Shown piece after piece: positions 9,493 to 18,577 of a DNA stretch of 32,000 bases. The notes beneath the pieces are model-generated. The model searched no databases and was not told where the DNA came from. It was given only the letters and a program-made list of their open reading frames with translations. The first letter of the stretch is position 1, and the number at the start of each line of letters is the position of its first letter. This stretch comes from Pseudomonadota bacterium. Lineage in GTDB: Bacteria > Bdellovibrionota_B > Oligoflexia > Silvanigrellales > Silvanigrellaceae. The stretch covers positions 117,504-149,503 of the forward strand of contig JBDLRP010000001.1 of NCBI GenBank assembly GCA_039799905.1. Direction: 5' to 3'. The position numbers and the translations under genes were made by a program.

Positions 9493-11328
9493 TCAGCGGC
9501 AGGCTGAGTCGCGCACCGCAAGACCATGGCGTGAATACGCTTGGTTGATCAGACAATAGTTCGATCCGCGCACGTCAGCCCGTGACGGCTCTGAATCGAG
9601 CGCCAGCAATGCCTCGTAGGTGTCTGTGTACTGGCTTGCCGTGTAGAGCATCTTCAAGAACCACTGGCGCGCCGTGGCACGACCCACTTCATTGCCGTAT
9701 TTTTCAACCAACGCCTGCGTCAGATGGAAATATGCCGAACCAAAAATAAGCCCTTCCTTATGAACTTCGCGCTCGTTTTCTTTCGGCGGGTACATGTATT
9801 CGCCATCCAGATTGCGCACCGGACGTCCGTCCGAGAAGAAGCCCGGTCCAACATCAGCAGAACCAGTGATCAGCTGTGACACTGTGTCGCCAATTCCTTC
9901 CGAGAACGCGCGGTCACGGATACCGCCCGTATTGTGGTGCAATCCGTGTCCCCATTCGTGGTAGACGACGTCGGCAATCTCGCCAGTATTTGCACAGCCA
10001 ATCTTCTTTCCGCTGCTTGTCGTGCGCTCTCCGGCTTTGAAGAAGTTGACCGAGCGACCGTTCCAGAACGCGTTACAAATGTCGTTCATGTTGACGTTCG
10101 CAACAACCTGAGTGGAGAACCAGTTCGGGTTGATGACCGGACGTGCCCATGCCTGTACCACCGAGAGATGATAAAACGTGGTGTTTTCAGCCAGCGTCGA
10201 GTTAGAGCGTGCATCAAACAAAACATCTCCACCAACGACCGCCGAGGCAGCCTGTCCGGAACTGTTTTGCACTTTGAAGCGTGGCGAGCTCAGCGACGCA
10301 CGTGCTTCTTGACGCTCGGGAATCTGCACAACGCCTTCGGAATCGGCTTGGTAAATCTTGCTTCTTCCAAACCATCCTCCGCCGCGCCCAACAGCTTGCG
10401 CATAGGGCATGCCGACAGTCATTTGTGGTCCATTTGGAATGCGCTGATTGACGACACCTTCGATCTTGGCCTCAAAATAAATGGTATTTGCATTCCAAGA
10501 GATGATTTCATTTTTCTCGGCATGGGCCACTACTGTGAATGCATCGCCCGTCGCAGACTCGGATTCAAAACGCAAAGCGGGCTCAAAAACGTACTGGCCG
10601 TTCTCGACGCGCGGCACATAACGTTGGGTGACAGTCTCAGGCTTGACCTTTGCAGACGGCCCAAGAACAGCACGAGCTGCTTTCAGCGCCCGATCTGCAG
10701 GCAGCTTGAAGCCCTTAAGAGAAGCTTTGTCTGCACCGAACGACTTACTGACAAGGCTCGTCAACTGGCCTTCGCTAAAGCGAAAGGTCAGCTCGGCGCC
10801 TTCGATGATGGTGCCGCCCGACGACAAAAAGAAGCTCGCAAAAACATGCTGGTCATCGACAAAAAAGCGTTGCGTGTCGACCAGAAGTGTCAATCCGTTC
10901 ACCGACAACTCTGAAGCATGCTGCGCCGCAAAATGACGAAGGTGCTTGTCGAGATAGTTCATGAACGCAGTTCTGCCGCGTTGTGATGCCCGCGCAGAAC
11001 GAATCCATGCCGCCAGTTGGGCATCGCCACCGAACGCTGCGCTCAGGCTCAACGGCATTTGGCCAAAACGTGATTTTGCCGATTGGTTGACCGGATCGAC
11101 CGTTACGACTTCTCCGAGCACACCAAAGCTCTCGCGCACGGGAGCGGCACTCTGAACGCGGCCGATGGTAAAATTGGGAGCGGGAATACGCCACGAATGC
11201 AAGGATTCCTGAGTTGCTGCGGCGCGCGAAACACGCTCTTCAGCGGGATGCGATACCACTGCAAATGCAGTCGGTGCGGTTAGAGTGACCAAAACAGACG
11301 CCATGGTCGACAAACGTGTTCCGTTCAT
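9493..11328 (-). CDS. Secreted zinc metallopeptidase, thermolysin/fungalysin (M4/M36)-like
   Basis: 611 aa with signal peptide MNGTRLSTMASVLVTLTAPTAFA and an FTP/PepSY-like prodomain region. Zinc motif YHEWGHGLHHN followed by AFSEGIGDTVSQL. Confidence 0.8.
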   Translation of the reverse strand: MNGTRLSTMASVLVTLTAPTAFAVVSHPAEERVSRAAATQESLHSWRIPAPNFTIGRVQSAAPVRESFGVLGEVVTVDPVNQSAKSRFGQMPLSLSAAFGGDAQLAAWIRSARASQRGRTAFMNYLDKHLRHFAAQHASELSVNGLTLLVDTQRFFVDDQHVFASFFLSSGGTIIEGAELTFRFSEGQLTSLVSKSFGADKASLKGFKLPADRALKAARAVLGPSAKVKPETVTQRYVPRVENGQYVFEPALRFESESATGDAFTVVAHAEKNEIISWNANTIYFEAKIEGVVNQRIPNGPQMTVGMPYAQAVGRGGGWFGRSKIYQADSEGVVQIPERQEARASLSSPRFKVQNSSGQAASAVVGGDVLFDARSNSTLAENTTFYHLSVVQAWARPVINPNWFSTQVVANVNMNDICNAFWNGRSVNFFKAGERTTSSGKKIGCANTGEIADVVYHEWGHGLHHNTGGIRDRAFSEGIGDTVSQLITGSADVGPGFFSDGRPVRNLDGEYMYPPKENEREVHKEGLIFGSAYFHLTQALVEKYGNEVGRATARQWFLKMLYTASQYTDTYEALLALDSEPSRADVRGSNYCLINQAYSRHGLAVRDSACR

Positions 11329-11500
11329 GGAACATCCCCCTCATCCGGTTGGGAATCCTGAAGGCTGAAGACAACCTCAGATTCATCTAAAAAAGTAAGA
11401 CCTGAGCGGCACATTAGCCGTCCGGCCAGTCGGCGTCAAGATTCTGACATATTAAAAAGATAAAGTCCGGACGCAGATTTGCTGCGCACGCAGGCGGGGA

Positions 11501-12442
11501 TCAGATGAACAAACTGCTGATGGAATCGGATTTGTGGATTCGGCGGATCGCTTTTCCGAGTAATTCCGCAACACTCAACACTTGAATCTTGCTGCAGGCC
11601 GCAGCTTCGGGACGCAACGGAATGGAGTCGGTCAGAAGCAGCGTATCGATAGCACTCTTTTCAACTCTCTCCACCGCGGGGCCGGTCAGAATTCCATGTG
11701 TCACCGCCGCAATCACGCGGGTGGCTCCACGCTCTTTGAGGACGTTTGCCGCCTGACTCAGAGTGCCCGCGGTATCGCAGATGTCATCAACAAGAATTGC
11801 AGTTTTGTCCTTGACGTCACCAATCAGATGCATGACCTGCGACACCCCCGGACGATCACGGCGTTTGTCGACGATGGCGAGCCCGCAATCGAGAAGTTTT
11901 GCAAGTGCACGTGCGCGCTCGACTCCGCCTGCATCAGGCGAGACAACAATCGGATTGACAACCTCCATGCGCGAGAGATGTTCAAAAAAAACCGGTTTGC
12001 TGAACAGATGATCGACAGGAACATTGAAAAAGCCTTGCACCGCGCTGGTGTGCAACTCGAGAGTCAGAATGCGGCTGACTCCAGCGCTTTCAAGCAGGTC
12101 GGCCACGAGTTTCGCCGTAATCGGCGTGCGCGGTGCGCTCTTGCGCTCCTGACGTCCGTATCCGTAGTAGGGAATGACCGCAGTGATCCGCTGGGCACTG
12201 GCACGCCGCAGTGCGTCGACCGTAATAAGCAATTCCATGATGTGCTCATTGGCCGGAGCGCAGGTCGGCTGAATCACGAAAACGTCGCGACCGCGGACGT
12301 TTGATTCGATTTCAACGCGGGTCTCACCATCGGAGAATCGGCCGATGAGTGCCGACCCGAGTGGCGCGTCCAACCATTCACAAATGCGCTTCGCCAGTTG
12401 AGGGTTTGCGTTGCCACTAAAAACGAGAAGTTCTGTGTCCAT
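11501..12442 (-). CDS. prs: Ribose-phosphate pyrophosphokinase
   Basis: MDTELLVFSGNANPQLAKRICEWL, RFSDGETRVEIESNVRGRDVFVIQP, VTAVIPYYGYGRQERK, VDDICDTAGT. Start set at ATG 12442; the ORF track extends upstream to 12484. Confidence 0.95.
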   Translation of the reverse strand: MDTELLVFSGNANPQLAKRICEWLDAPLGSALIGRFSDGETRVEIESNVRGRDVFVIQPTCAPANEHIMELLITVDALRRASAQRITAVIPYYGYGRQERKSAPRTPITAKLVADLLESAGVSRILTLELHTSAVQGFFNVPVDHLFSKPVFFEHLSRMEVVNPIVVSPDAGGVERARALAKLLDCGLAIVDKRRDRPGVSQVMHLIGDVKDKTAILVDDICDTAGTLSQAANVLKERGATRVIAAVTHGILTGPAVERVEKSAIDTLLLTDSIPLRPEAAACSKIQVLSVAELLGKAIRRIHKSDSISSLFI

Positions 12443-12526
12443 AATCGCACCGCCCAGCCTATAGTTGAGTGATTTTGGCGGCATCAGCCACCGCAGGGCG
12501 ACCTATAGGGCGAATTGTCAGAGCTT

Positions 12527-13783
12527 TCAACGGTCAGATAAAATTTCGCGGAGTGCGCCAAGAAGCGCATCAATTTCGCCGTCGGTCGTCGACGTTGCCA
12601 AAGAAATACGCACGGCGTTGCGGGCCAAAACAGCATCGTCGAGCTGTGCCATCAGCACGTGTGACGGACGATTTGCGCCACTGCTGCAGGCAGAACCACT
12701 GCTTGCATAAAAGCCGCGCATGTCGAGCTCAAGCAGAACGTCCTCGCCTCGCCGACGTGTCCCGTCGACGCTAAAATTCACAGTGTTGGGTAGAACAGCC
12801 TCAGACGGAGTGTTGAGCGTGACACCCGTGAATTCTTTCAGCGCGGCTGCCAGTGTTTCTCTGCGTCGAATCAGTGATTCAACCTCGGTCCACCATTCGG
12901 GCGAGCGAATTTTTTGCGCCACTGCAGCGAGGCTCAACACACCAGCTAGATTCTCGGTACCCGCGCGCCGTGAACGCTCCTGAGCACCACCCAAAATCAG
13001 CGGTTGAAATTTGCGTCCGCGGCGAAGAATCAACGCACCGACTCCGGCCAATCCTCCCAACTTGTGTGCGCAAACGCTTGCCGAGTCGTATCCGGCGCTC
13101 CACCAGTCCGACGACGGAAGTTTCCCGTAGGCCTGCACTGCATCGACATGAAAGTGCAGGTGCTGGAGCTGTTCCTGAGTTACATTCTCCTGAAGAACGC
13201 GTGCCCAATCGGGCCATGTTGCCTGTTGACTTTCACGCCAGTGCTGCCCGGCGCGTGCTTTGAACCAACGGGCCGTGTGCAACCATTCGGCAAACGGAAA
13301 GACGGGTTGGATGGCGCCTGTTTCATTGTTGGCAACCATGATTGCCACCAGCACCGTGTTGGTGCGGATGGCTTCCACAAGACTCCGCTCGGAAATCCGC
13401 CCGTGTTTGTCGACGGGCAAAATAGTGAGTTGCAGACCGTATTTGTCGCGCAAAAAAACAAGCGGCTCCAGCACGCACGGATGCTCGATTGCAGACGTGA
13501 TGGCGTGCAGTTCGGACATGTTTTTTCCGGTGGCATGCAGCACACCTGTCGTAGCAAGATTATTAGCCTCGGAACCGCCGGAAACGAAAACAACTTCACC
13601 TGCATCGACACCAAGGCTGGCGGCAACCTGTTTGCGAGCATCCGTGAGTGCGACACTCGCTGCACGTCCGGCAGCATGCGGACTTGATGGGTTTCCCGCC
13701 ACCGATTGCAAACGTGCAAACAGAGCCGAAAGGTGTTCGGGCAGTGACGGGCTGGTGGCGTTGTGATCCAAATAAACAGGCAC
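12527..13783 (-). CDS. Cysteine desulfurase (NifS/IscS family, class V aminotransferase)
   Basis: 418 aa, GTG start. YLDHNATSP, FVSGGSEANNLAT, FHVDAVQAYGK, SVCAHKLGG (PLP lysine) and SSGSACSSG (catalytic cysteine loop). Confidence 0.92.
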   Translation of the reverse strand: MPVYLDHNATSPSLPEHLSALFARLQSVAGNPSSPHAAGRAASVALTDARKQVAASLGVDAGEVVFVSGGSEANNLATTGVLHATGKNMSELHAITSAIEHPCVLEPLVFLRDKYGLQLTILPVDKHGRISERSLVEAIRTNTVLVAIMVANNETGAIQPVFPFAEWLHTARWFKARAGQHWRESQQATWPDWARVLQENVTQEQLQHLHFHVDAVQAYGKLPSSDWWSAGYDSASVCAHKLGGLAGVGALILRRGRKFQPLILGGAQERSRRAGTENLAGVLSLAAVAQKIRSPEWWTEVESLIRRRETLAAALKEFTGVTLNTPSEAVLPNTVNFSVDGTRRRGEDVLLELDMRGFYASSGSACSSGANRPSHVLMAQLDDAVLARNAVRISLATSTTDGEIDALLGALREILSDR

Positions 13784-13791
13784 TTCTGTTG

Positions 13792-16404
13792 TTACCTTAA
13801 TTTCTTTGAAATGGTTCTGCCTCTGCTTTTCAGTGCAGATTTCCGCAGCGCGGGGGCAGGCTTTTTCGCCGCGGTGCTCTTTGTTTTAGCACCGGATTCG
13901 AGCTTGATTCCAAACACGGCCGCAAGCACTTCCTCAACTCGACGGACTCCCTGAATGGAGAGAGTCTTGCGCACGCTCTCGGGTATTTCCTCGAGGTCAC
14001 GAAGATTCTCTTGCGGAATAAGCACTCTTCTAACGCCATAGCGCTGTGCCGCGAGAACTTTTTCCTTGATTCCGCCCACCGGAAGAACATCGCCACGCAA
14101 CGAAATCTCACCAGTCATGGCGATGTCGGCCGGGACGCTGCGCTCCGAATAGAGTCCGACGAGCGCGGACAAAATTGCGATGCCCGCGCTGGGTCCGTCT
14201 TTTTTCACCGCACCGGCCGGAAAATGCACATGCAGCTCGGAGGACTGAATCTTCTTCAAATCAACCCCGCAAACAGACGCCATCGACTTGACCAAGCCCA
14301 GCGCTGTTTGCACACTTTCCTTCATCACGTCGCCCAGCTGGCCGGTGATCGTCAGTGCCGCCCTGCCCTCAGGAACACAGGCAGTCTCAATGAGCAAAAC
14401 ATCGCCTCCCACAGGTGTGTAAGCGAGTCCTGTCGACACACCCAGCGGCAAGCTTGTCCGCGCACTTTGTTCAAGAAAACGCTTGGGGCCAAGAATCTTT
14501 TCGACGTCTTTGCGTGTCACCGCTTTGCGCACGGGCTTTTTTTTGCGTGCCGGAACGACAGCTGACTGAAAATTCTGTGCAGAAAACTCTTTAGACTGGA
14601 CAAACTCTGTGACAATTCCACGCGCCAAAGCCGAAAGCTCGCGCCGCAACTGACGCACACCCGCCTCGCGTGTGTAGCCGCGCACGACGTCCGCCAGTAG
14701 CTCATCCGAAACGCTCACATCGAGACGACCGTTCAGTCCGTGCTCGTCTGTCACCTGTGCAAGTAGATGCCGCTGTGCGATGTTGACCTTTTCGTCGAGC
14801 GTGTAGCTGTCGAGCTCGACAATTTCCATCCGATCGCGCAGCGGCCCTTGAATGGTGGACAGCGAATTCGCAGTGCCGATGAAGAGAACCTGACTGAGGT
14901 CGAGCGGCACATTGAGATAGTGATCGGTGAATGTGTGGTTTTGCTCGGAGTCGAGCACTTCCAGCAATGCCGATGACGGATCGCCACGGAAATCTGCTGA
15001 GATCTTGTCAACTTCATCGAGCAGAATAACCGGATCCATGCTGCCTGATTTTTTCAGCGCCTCGGCAATTTTGCCCGGCAGCGCACCCACGTATGTTCTG
15101 CGGTGCCCGCGGATTTCAGACTCATCGCGCACGCCACCAAGAGCAATGCGGTGGAACTTTCGACCGAGCGCTTTTGCAATTGATTTCCCGAGGCTCGTCT
15201 TGCCGACTCCCGGCGGGCCAACCAACAAAAGAATCGGCCCCTTGAGACTTCCCTTGAGTGCATAAACAGCAAGGAATTCAGTGATCCTTCGTTTGACTTT
15301 TTCAAGCCCGTAATGCTCGCTCTCAAGCAATTTTCTTGCAACGGCAAGATCAATTTTCTTCTGTGTGTAAACACCCCAGGGCATGTCGAGCAGCCAGTTG
15401 ACGTAGGTGTGGCTGACAGAGAATTCCGGACTGCCCGCCTGCATCACGCCCATCCTGTCGATTTCGCGCAGGGCAACCGTCTTGGCCTCTTGCGGCATCG
15501 CGCTTTTTTCGACTCTCTCGCGCAGCTCTTGAGGCTCTTGTCCCTGCGACGACGGAGCCTTGCCATCGAGCTCGCCCAGTTCCTTTTGCAGCAACTTCAA
15601 TTGCTCTTTGACGTAAAAACGACGCTGTTGCTTGCCGACTTCGCCTTTGATTTCAGACTGAATGCGGTGGGTCATTTCGAGGATTTCAATTTCCCGCGTC
15701 AGGTACTTCTGCACCAGACGCAAGCGGCCGAGCACATCGTCGAGCTCGAGCAGCGCCTGTTTTTCGGCGAGGTCGATGCTCAGGTACGGCACGACAAGGT
15801 CAGCTAGATATTGAGGATCGCCGACGTTCTCGATGAAGATGTTTGCCTCGTTGGGAATGTTCGGACTTAGGCTGACAGCCTTTTGAATCAGCTGTTTGAG
15901 GCCACGCTCCAGAGCCGCCAGCTCGAGCGATTCTTCAGGAGTCTGTGCCGCTGGGTATTCAACCATGGCCGTCGCTGGCTTGTCTGCCTCGATGACGACG
16001 CTGCGGATACGAAACCTGCGGGTGCCCTGAACAACGGCGCCGGAGGTACCGTCTGGAAAGCGAATTACTTTGATGATCTTGGCTTCTGTTCCGAACATGT
16101 AGATGTCTTCAGGACGCAGCGCCTCTTTGGCGTCGTCGCGGATTGCCACGATACCCAGAGTCGTTCCCTTGCGTGCGGCCTTCTCCAAAGCCTCGAGCCC
16201 CCATGCAGCCGTCGGCGTGATGGGCACAACGTTATGCGGGAACAACACGGCATTCCGGACTGGAAGAATAACAATCCTGTGGCCTTCCGAGCGGCCTTCG
16301 CCCTCGTCTGCGGCGCTCCAAGCAGGTTTCCCGACTGGCACGAGCGCGCCTGCGGCACCATCTTTCTCCAGCAAGTTCTGAGAATCTTTATCCTGTTGTT
16401 CCAT
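13792..16404 (-). CDS. lon: ATP-dependent endopeptidase La
   Basis: N-terminal LON domain ([16 protein letters not shown]), Walker [14 protein letters not shown] and catalytic region [11 protein letters not shown]...[20 protein letters not shown] at 16404 (MEQQDKDS) has an AGGGAGG ribosome-binding site and is preferred over the track start at 16503. Confidence 0.95.
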   Translation of the reverse strand: MEQQDKDSQNLLEKDGAAGALVPVGKPAWSAADEGEGRSEGHRIVILPVRNAVLFPHNVVPITPTAAWGLEALEKAARKGTTLGIVAIRDDAKEALRPEDIYMFGTEAKIIKVIRFPDGTSGAVVQGTRRFRIRSVVIEADKPATAMVEYPAAQTPEESLELAALERGLKQLIQKAVSLSPNIPNEANIFIENVGDPQYLADLVVPYLSIDLAEKQALLELDDVLGRLRLVQKYLTREIEILEMTHRIQSEIKGEVGKQQRRFYVKEQLKLLQKELGELDGKAPSSQGQEPQELRERVEKSAMPQEAKTVALREIDRMGVMQAGSPEFSVSHTYVNWLLDMPWGVYTQKKIDLAVARKLLESEHYGLEKVKRRITEFLAVYALKGSLKGPILLLVGPPGVGKTSLGKSIAKALGRKFHRIALGGVRDESEIRGHRRTYVGALPGKIAEALKKSGSMDPVILLDEVDKISADFRGDPSSALLEVLDSEQNHTFTDHYLNVPLDLSQVLFIGTANSLSTIQGPLRDRMEIVELDSYTLDEKVNIAQRHLLAQVTDEHGLNGRLDVSVSDELLADVVRGYTREAGVRQLRRELSALARGIVTEFVQSKEFSAQNFQSAVVPARKKKPVRKAVTRKDVEKILGPKRFLEQSARTSLPLGVSTGLAYTPVGGDVLLIETACVPEGRAALTITGQLGDVMKESVQTALGLVKSMASVCGVDLKKIQSSELHVHFPAGAVKKDGPSAGIAILSALVGLYSERSVPADIAMTGEISLRGDVLPVGGIKEKVLAAQRYGVRRVLIPQENLRDLEEIPESVRKTLSIQGVRRVEEVLAAVFGIKLESGAKTKSTAAKKPAPALRKSALKSRGRTISKKLR

Positions 16405-16558
16405 GAACGCCCTCCCTAATGGGACATGGGCGAATATGGACGGCGTCGCCCGCATGTCAACAGCTGCGGGTTGTGACCGAGGGAATGCGCTTGCTTTTTT
16501 CAAAACAGACTGCTAACCACGGGGGTCCATGGTCGTGTCGATGATTAAGGGGTTTCTC

Positions 16559-16789
16559 ATGTCGCGCATTTGTGCACTTTCTCAGAAAGCAAGCCTTGTT
16601 GGCAACCGCGTTTCTCACGCCAACAACAAAACTAAAGTTCGCCTGCAGGCCAACCTTCAGGACAAAAGCATTTACGTTCCGTCACTCGGCCGCAGCGTTC
16701 GTCTGCGCGTCAGCACGTCGGCTCTGCGCACGATCAACAAGATCGGCATCGAAGCTTACGCTGCAAAAGCCGGCGTAAAGCTCGGCTGA
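16559..16789 (+). CDS. rpmB: Ribosomal protein L28
   Basis: MSRICALSQKASLVGNRVSHANNKTKVRLQANLQDKSIYVPSLGRSVRLRVSTSALRTINKIGIEAYAAKAGVKLG matches the bL28 pattern. ATG at 16559 is the likely start. Confidence 0.92.
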   Translation: MSRICALSQKASLVGNRVSHANNKTKVRLQANLQDKSIYVPSLGRSVRLRVSTSALRTINKIGIEAYAAKAGVKLG

Positions 16790-16810
16790 ACGTTAAAAGT
16801 CGCACGAACA

Positions 16811-16844
16811 AAAAAATCCCGGCTCCTACGAGCCGGGATTTTTT
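16811..16844. terminator. Perfect bidirectional intrinsic terminator
   Basis: AAAAAATCCCGGCTC-CTAC-GAGCCGGGATTTTTT: 15-nt perfect arms including the A/T tracts, 4-nt loop. Lies between the convergent rpmB and 16888-17295 genes. Confidence 0.95.
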
Positions 16845-16887
16845 TATTTCTATGTTTGGCTATGGCCGTCATTCACAACGGAATCAT

Positions 16888-17295
16888 TTACGCGGGCGAA
16901 CGCACATCCTTCAACCGCTTCTGGGCGTCCGACAAAGCGCAGGTCATAATGTCGACTTCCCATGTATTTCCGCGCAGACAAGCTTTCAAACCTTCGAGCC
17001 ATTCAACGAGTCCCTTGGCATGCTTGTCGGGTGTTGCATTGGGAGAGAGGTCGTCGCCGCAATCCTGATCGACAAAGACTTTCCAATCTTCATCGTTTGC
17101 ATCCAATAGGTTCACGATACGGTTAAGACGAACGGTGTGTTCCTGACTTGCCCAATCGCCGTTGACCTGAAAAGGGTACCAATCACACTCAGACCTATGC
17201 AGCCACAGACTCGCACCATTGCTCAGCGTGACACGGCGGAAGTCTTCCGGAATCGCGTTGTGGAAACCGTCCGGACGTTTCCAGATTAAGTGCAT
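16888..17295 (-). CDS. Hypothetical protein
   Basis: 135-aa ORF filling the interval between the terminator and the pst promoter region. GGATGAGGGGG lies just upstream of the ATG as a potential ribosome-binding site. No family recognised. Confidence 0.6.
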   Translation of the reverse strand: MHLIWKRPDGFHNAIPEDFRRVTLSNGASLWLHRSECDWYPFQVNGDWASQEHTVRLNRIVNLLDANDEDWKVFVDQDCGDDLSPNATPDKHAKGLVEWLEGLKACLRGNTWEVDIMTCALSDAQKRLKDVRSPA

Positions 17296-17455
17296 GGAGC
17301 CCCCTCATCCCTCGAAGAACCACAAAGAAGACAAACATTTTGCAGAATTCTTACTATCACAGGCGAAATCCGAAAACCACAAGCGCGTGATACCCCGCCC
17401 CGTAGCCCTGCCGGCACGGCGAAAGCCTCATTTGCAAACTCTGCTGCCGAGTCGC

Positions 17456-17475
17456 GTTCACAAATTGTTCACAAG
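17456..17475 (+). promoter_or_regulatory. Putative Pho-box-like PhoB/PhoP binding site upstream of pstS
   Basis: GTTCACAAATTGTTCACAAG: two identical GTTCACAA units with an exact 11-bp period, the geometry of PhoB-type tandem half-sites, 87 bp upstream of the pstS ATG. Confidence 0.55.
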
Positions 17476-17561
17476 GGAACTTTGCATGTTGCCTTCTCGG
17501 ACTGTAGCAACGGGGGGCGTCCGGAAGGCCGGACAATGAAAGAACTTTGGAGGTTCATCCG

Positions 17562-18572
17562 ATGAAGCTTATTCGTTTTGCCTCAGCAGCAATGCTCGCC
17601 CTCAGCCTCGGCAGCGCGTCCGCTGCAGGCGCTGCCAAATCCAAGTCAGAGTCCAAGACACCCGCGAAAGAAGCGCTCCCGGTTTACAAAGCAACCTCGG
17701 GTGTCAGCGGCACGCTCAAGTCGATCGGCTCGGACTCCATGAACAACGAGATGGCTCTGTGGTCCGAAGGATTTCGGAAGATGTACCCCGGCGTCAAAAT
17801 CGAGGTTGAAGGCAAAGGCTCCGCAACAGCACCGACGGCGCTGATTGAAGGCACCGCACAATTCGGACCGATGAGCCGTCCAATGAAAGGCGAAGAAGTT
17901 TCTTCGTTCAAGAAGAAGTTTGGCTATGAACCGACAGCAATCAAAACATCACTCGACGTTTTGGCTGTCTACGTGCACCGCGACAATCCAATAAAAGCTC
18001 TCAGCATGCAGGACGTCGATGCGATCTTCTCCAAAACCCGCAAAAGCGGCGCAGGAAAAGATATCGCAACATGGGGCGACCTCGGACTGACAGGTGAGTG
18101 GGCGACGAAGCCCATCCAGCTTTATGGCCGCAACAGCGCATCGGGCACCTACGGCTACTTCAAAGAGCACGCACTTGCGAAGGGCGACTTCAAAGACAAC
18201 GTCAAAGAACAACCCGGTTCTGCGGCTGTCGTGCAGGCAATTGCCTCCGACAAATATGGAATCGGCTATAGCGGCATCGGCTACAAGACCGATGCAGTGA
18301 AGGCAGTTCCACTGTCACTCAAGGCTGGCAAGGACGCAGTTCCTGCAAACAATGAAACAGCACTTGAAGGAACTTACCCGCTTGGGCGCTACCTGTTGGT
18401 GTACATCAACAAGGCACCCAATCAGGCTCTCGATCCGGCACGCCGCGAATTCCTTCTCTATGTATTGTCTGCACAGGGACAAGAGGCTGTTGAAAAGAAC
18501 GGCTACATCTCACTCCCGCCGAAAGTCATTCAGCAAGAGCGCGCTAAACTGGGTGTCGTCACCGGAGGCTAA
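17562..18572 (+). CDS. pstS: Phosphate ABC transporter substrate-binding protein
   Basis: MKLIRFASAAMLALSLGSASAAGA signal peptide, IGSDSMNNEM, GSATAPTALIEGTAQFGPMSRPM, YGRNSASGTYGYFKE and GIGYSGIGYKT. Followed immediately by permease genes. Confidence 0.93.
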   Translation: MKLIRFASAAMLALSLGSASAAGAAKSKSESKTPAKEALPVYKATSGVSGTLKSIGSDSMNNEMALWSEGFRKMYPGVKIEVEGKGSATAPTALIEGTAQFGPMSRPMKGEEVSSFKKKFGYEPTAIKTSLDVLAVYVHRDNPIKALSMQDVDAIFSKTRKSGAGKDIATWGDLGLTGEWATKPIQLYGRNSASGTYGYFKEHALAKGDFKDNVKEQPGSAAVVQAIASDKYGIGYSGIGYKTDAVKAVPLSLKAGKDAVPANNETALEGTYPLGRYLLVYINKAPNQALDPARREFLLYVLSAQGQEAVEKNGYISLPPKVIQQERAKLGVVTGG

Positions 18573-18577
18573 GACCT

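Noticed and set aside
9934-10914. 326-aa plus-strand ORF antisense to the secreted metallopeptidase
   Set aside because: It lies entirely inside a well-supported gene, shows no domain motif and has biased low-complexity composition. It is most likely a shadow ORF caused by codon bias.
15313-16419. Plus-strand ORFs of 164 and 178 aa over lon
   Set aside because: They overlap the conserved lon domains in antisense, with no independent coding evidence.
11330-17310. Shared GGATGAGGGGG upstream of the minus-strand genes starting at 11328 and 17295
   Set aside because: Two purine-rich copies adjacent to start codons are adequately explained as ribosome-binding-site sequence. There is no other similarity between the two leaders.
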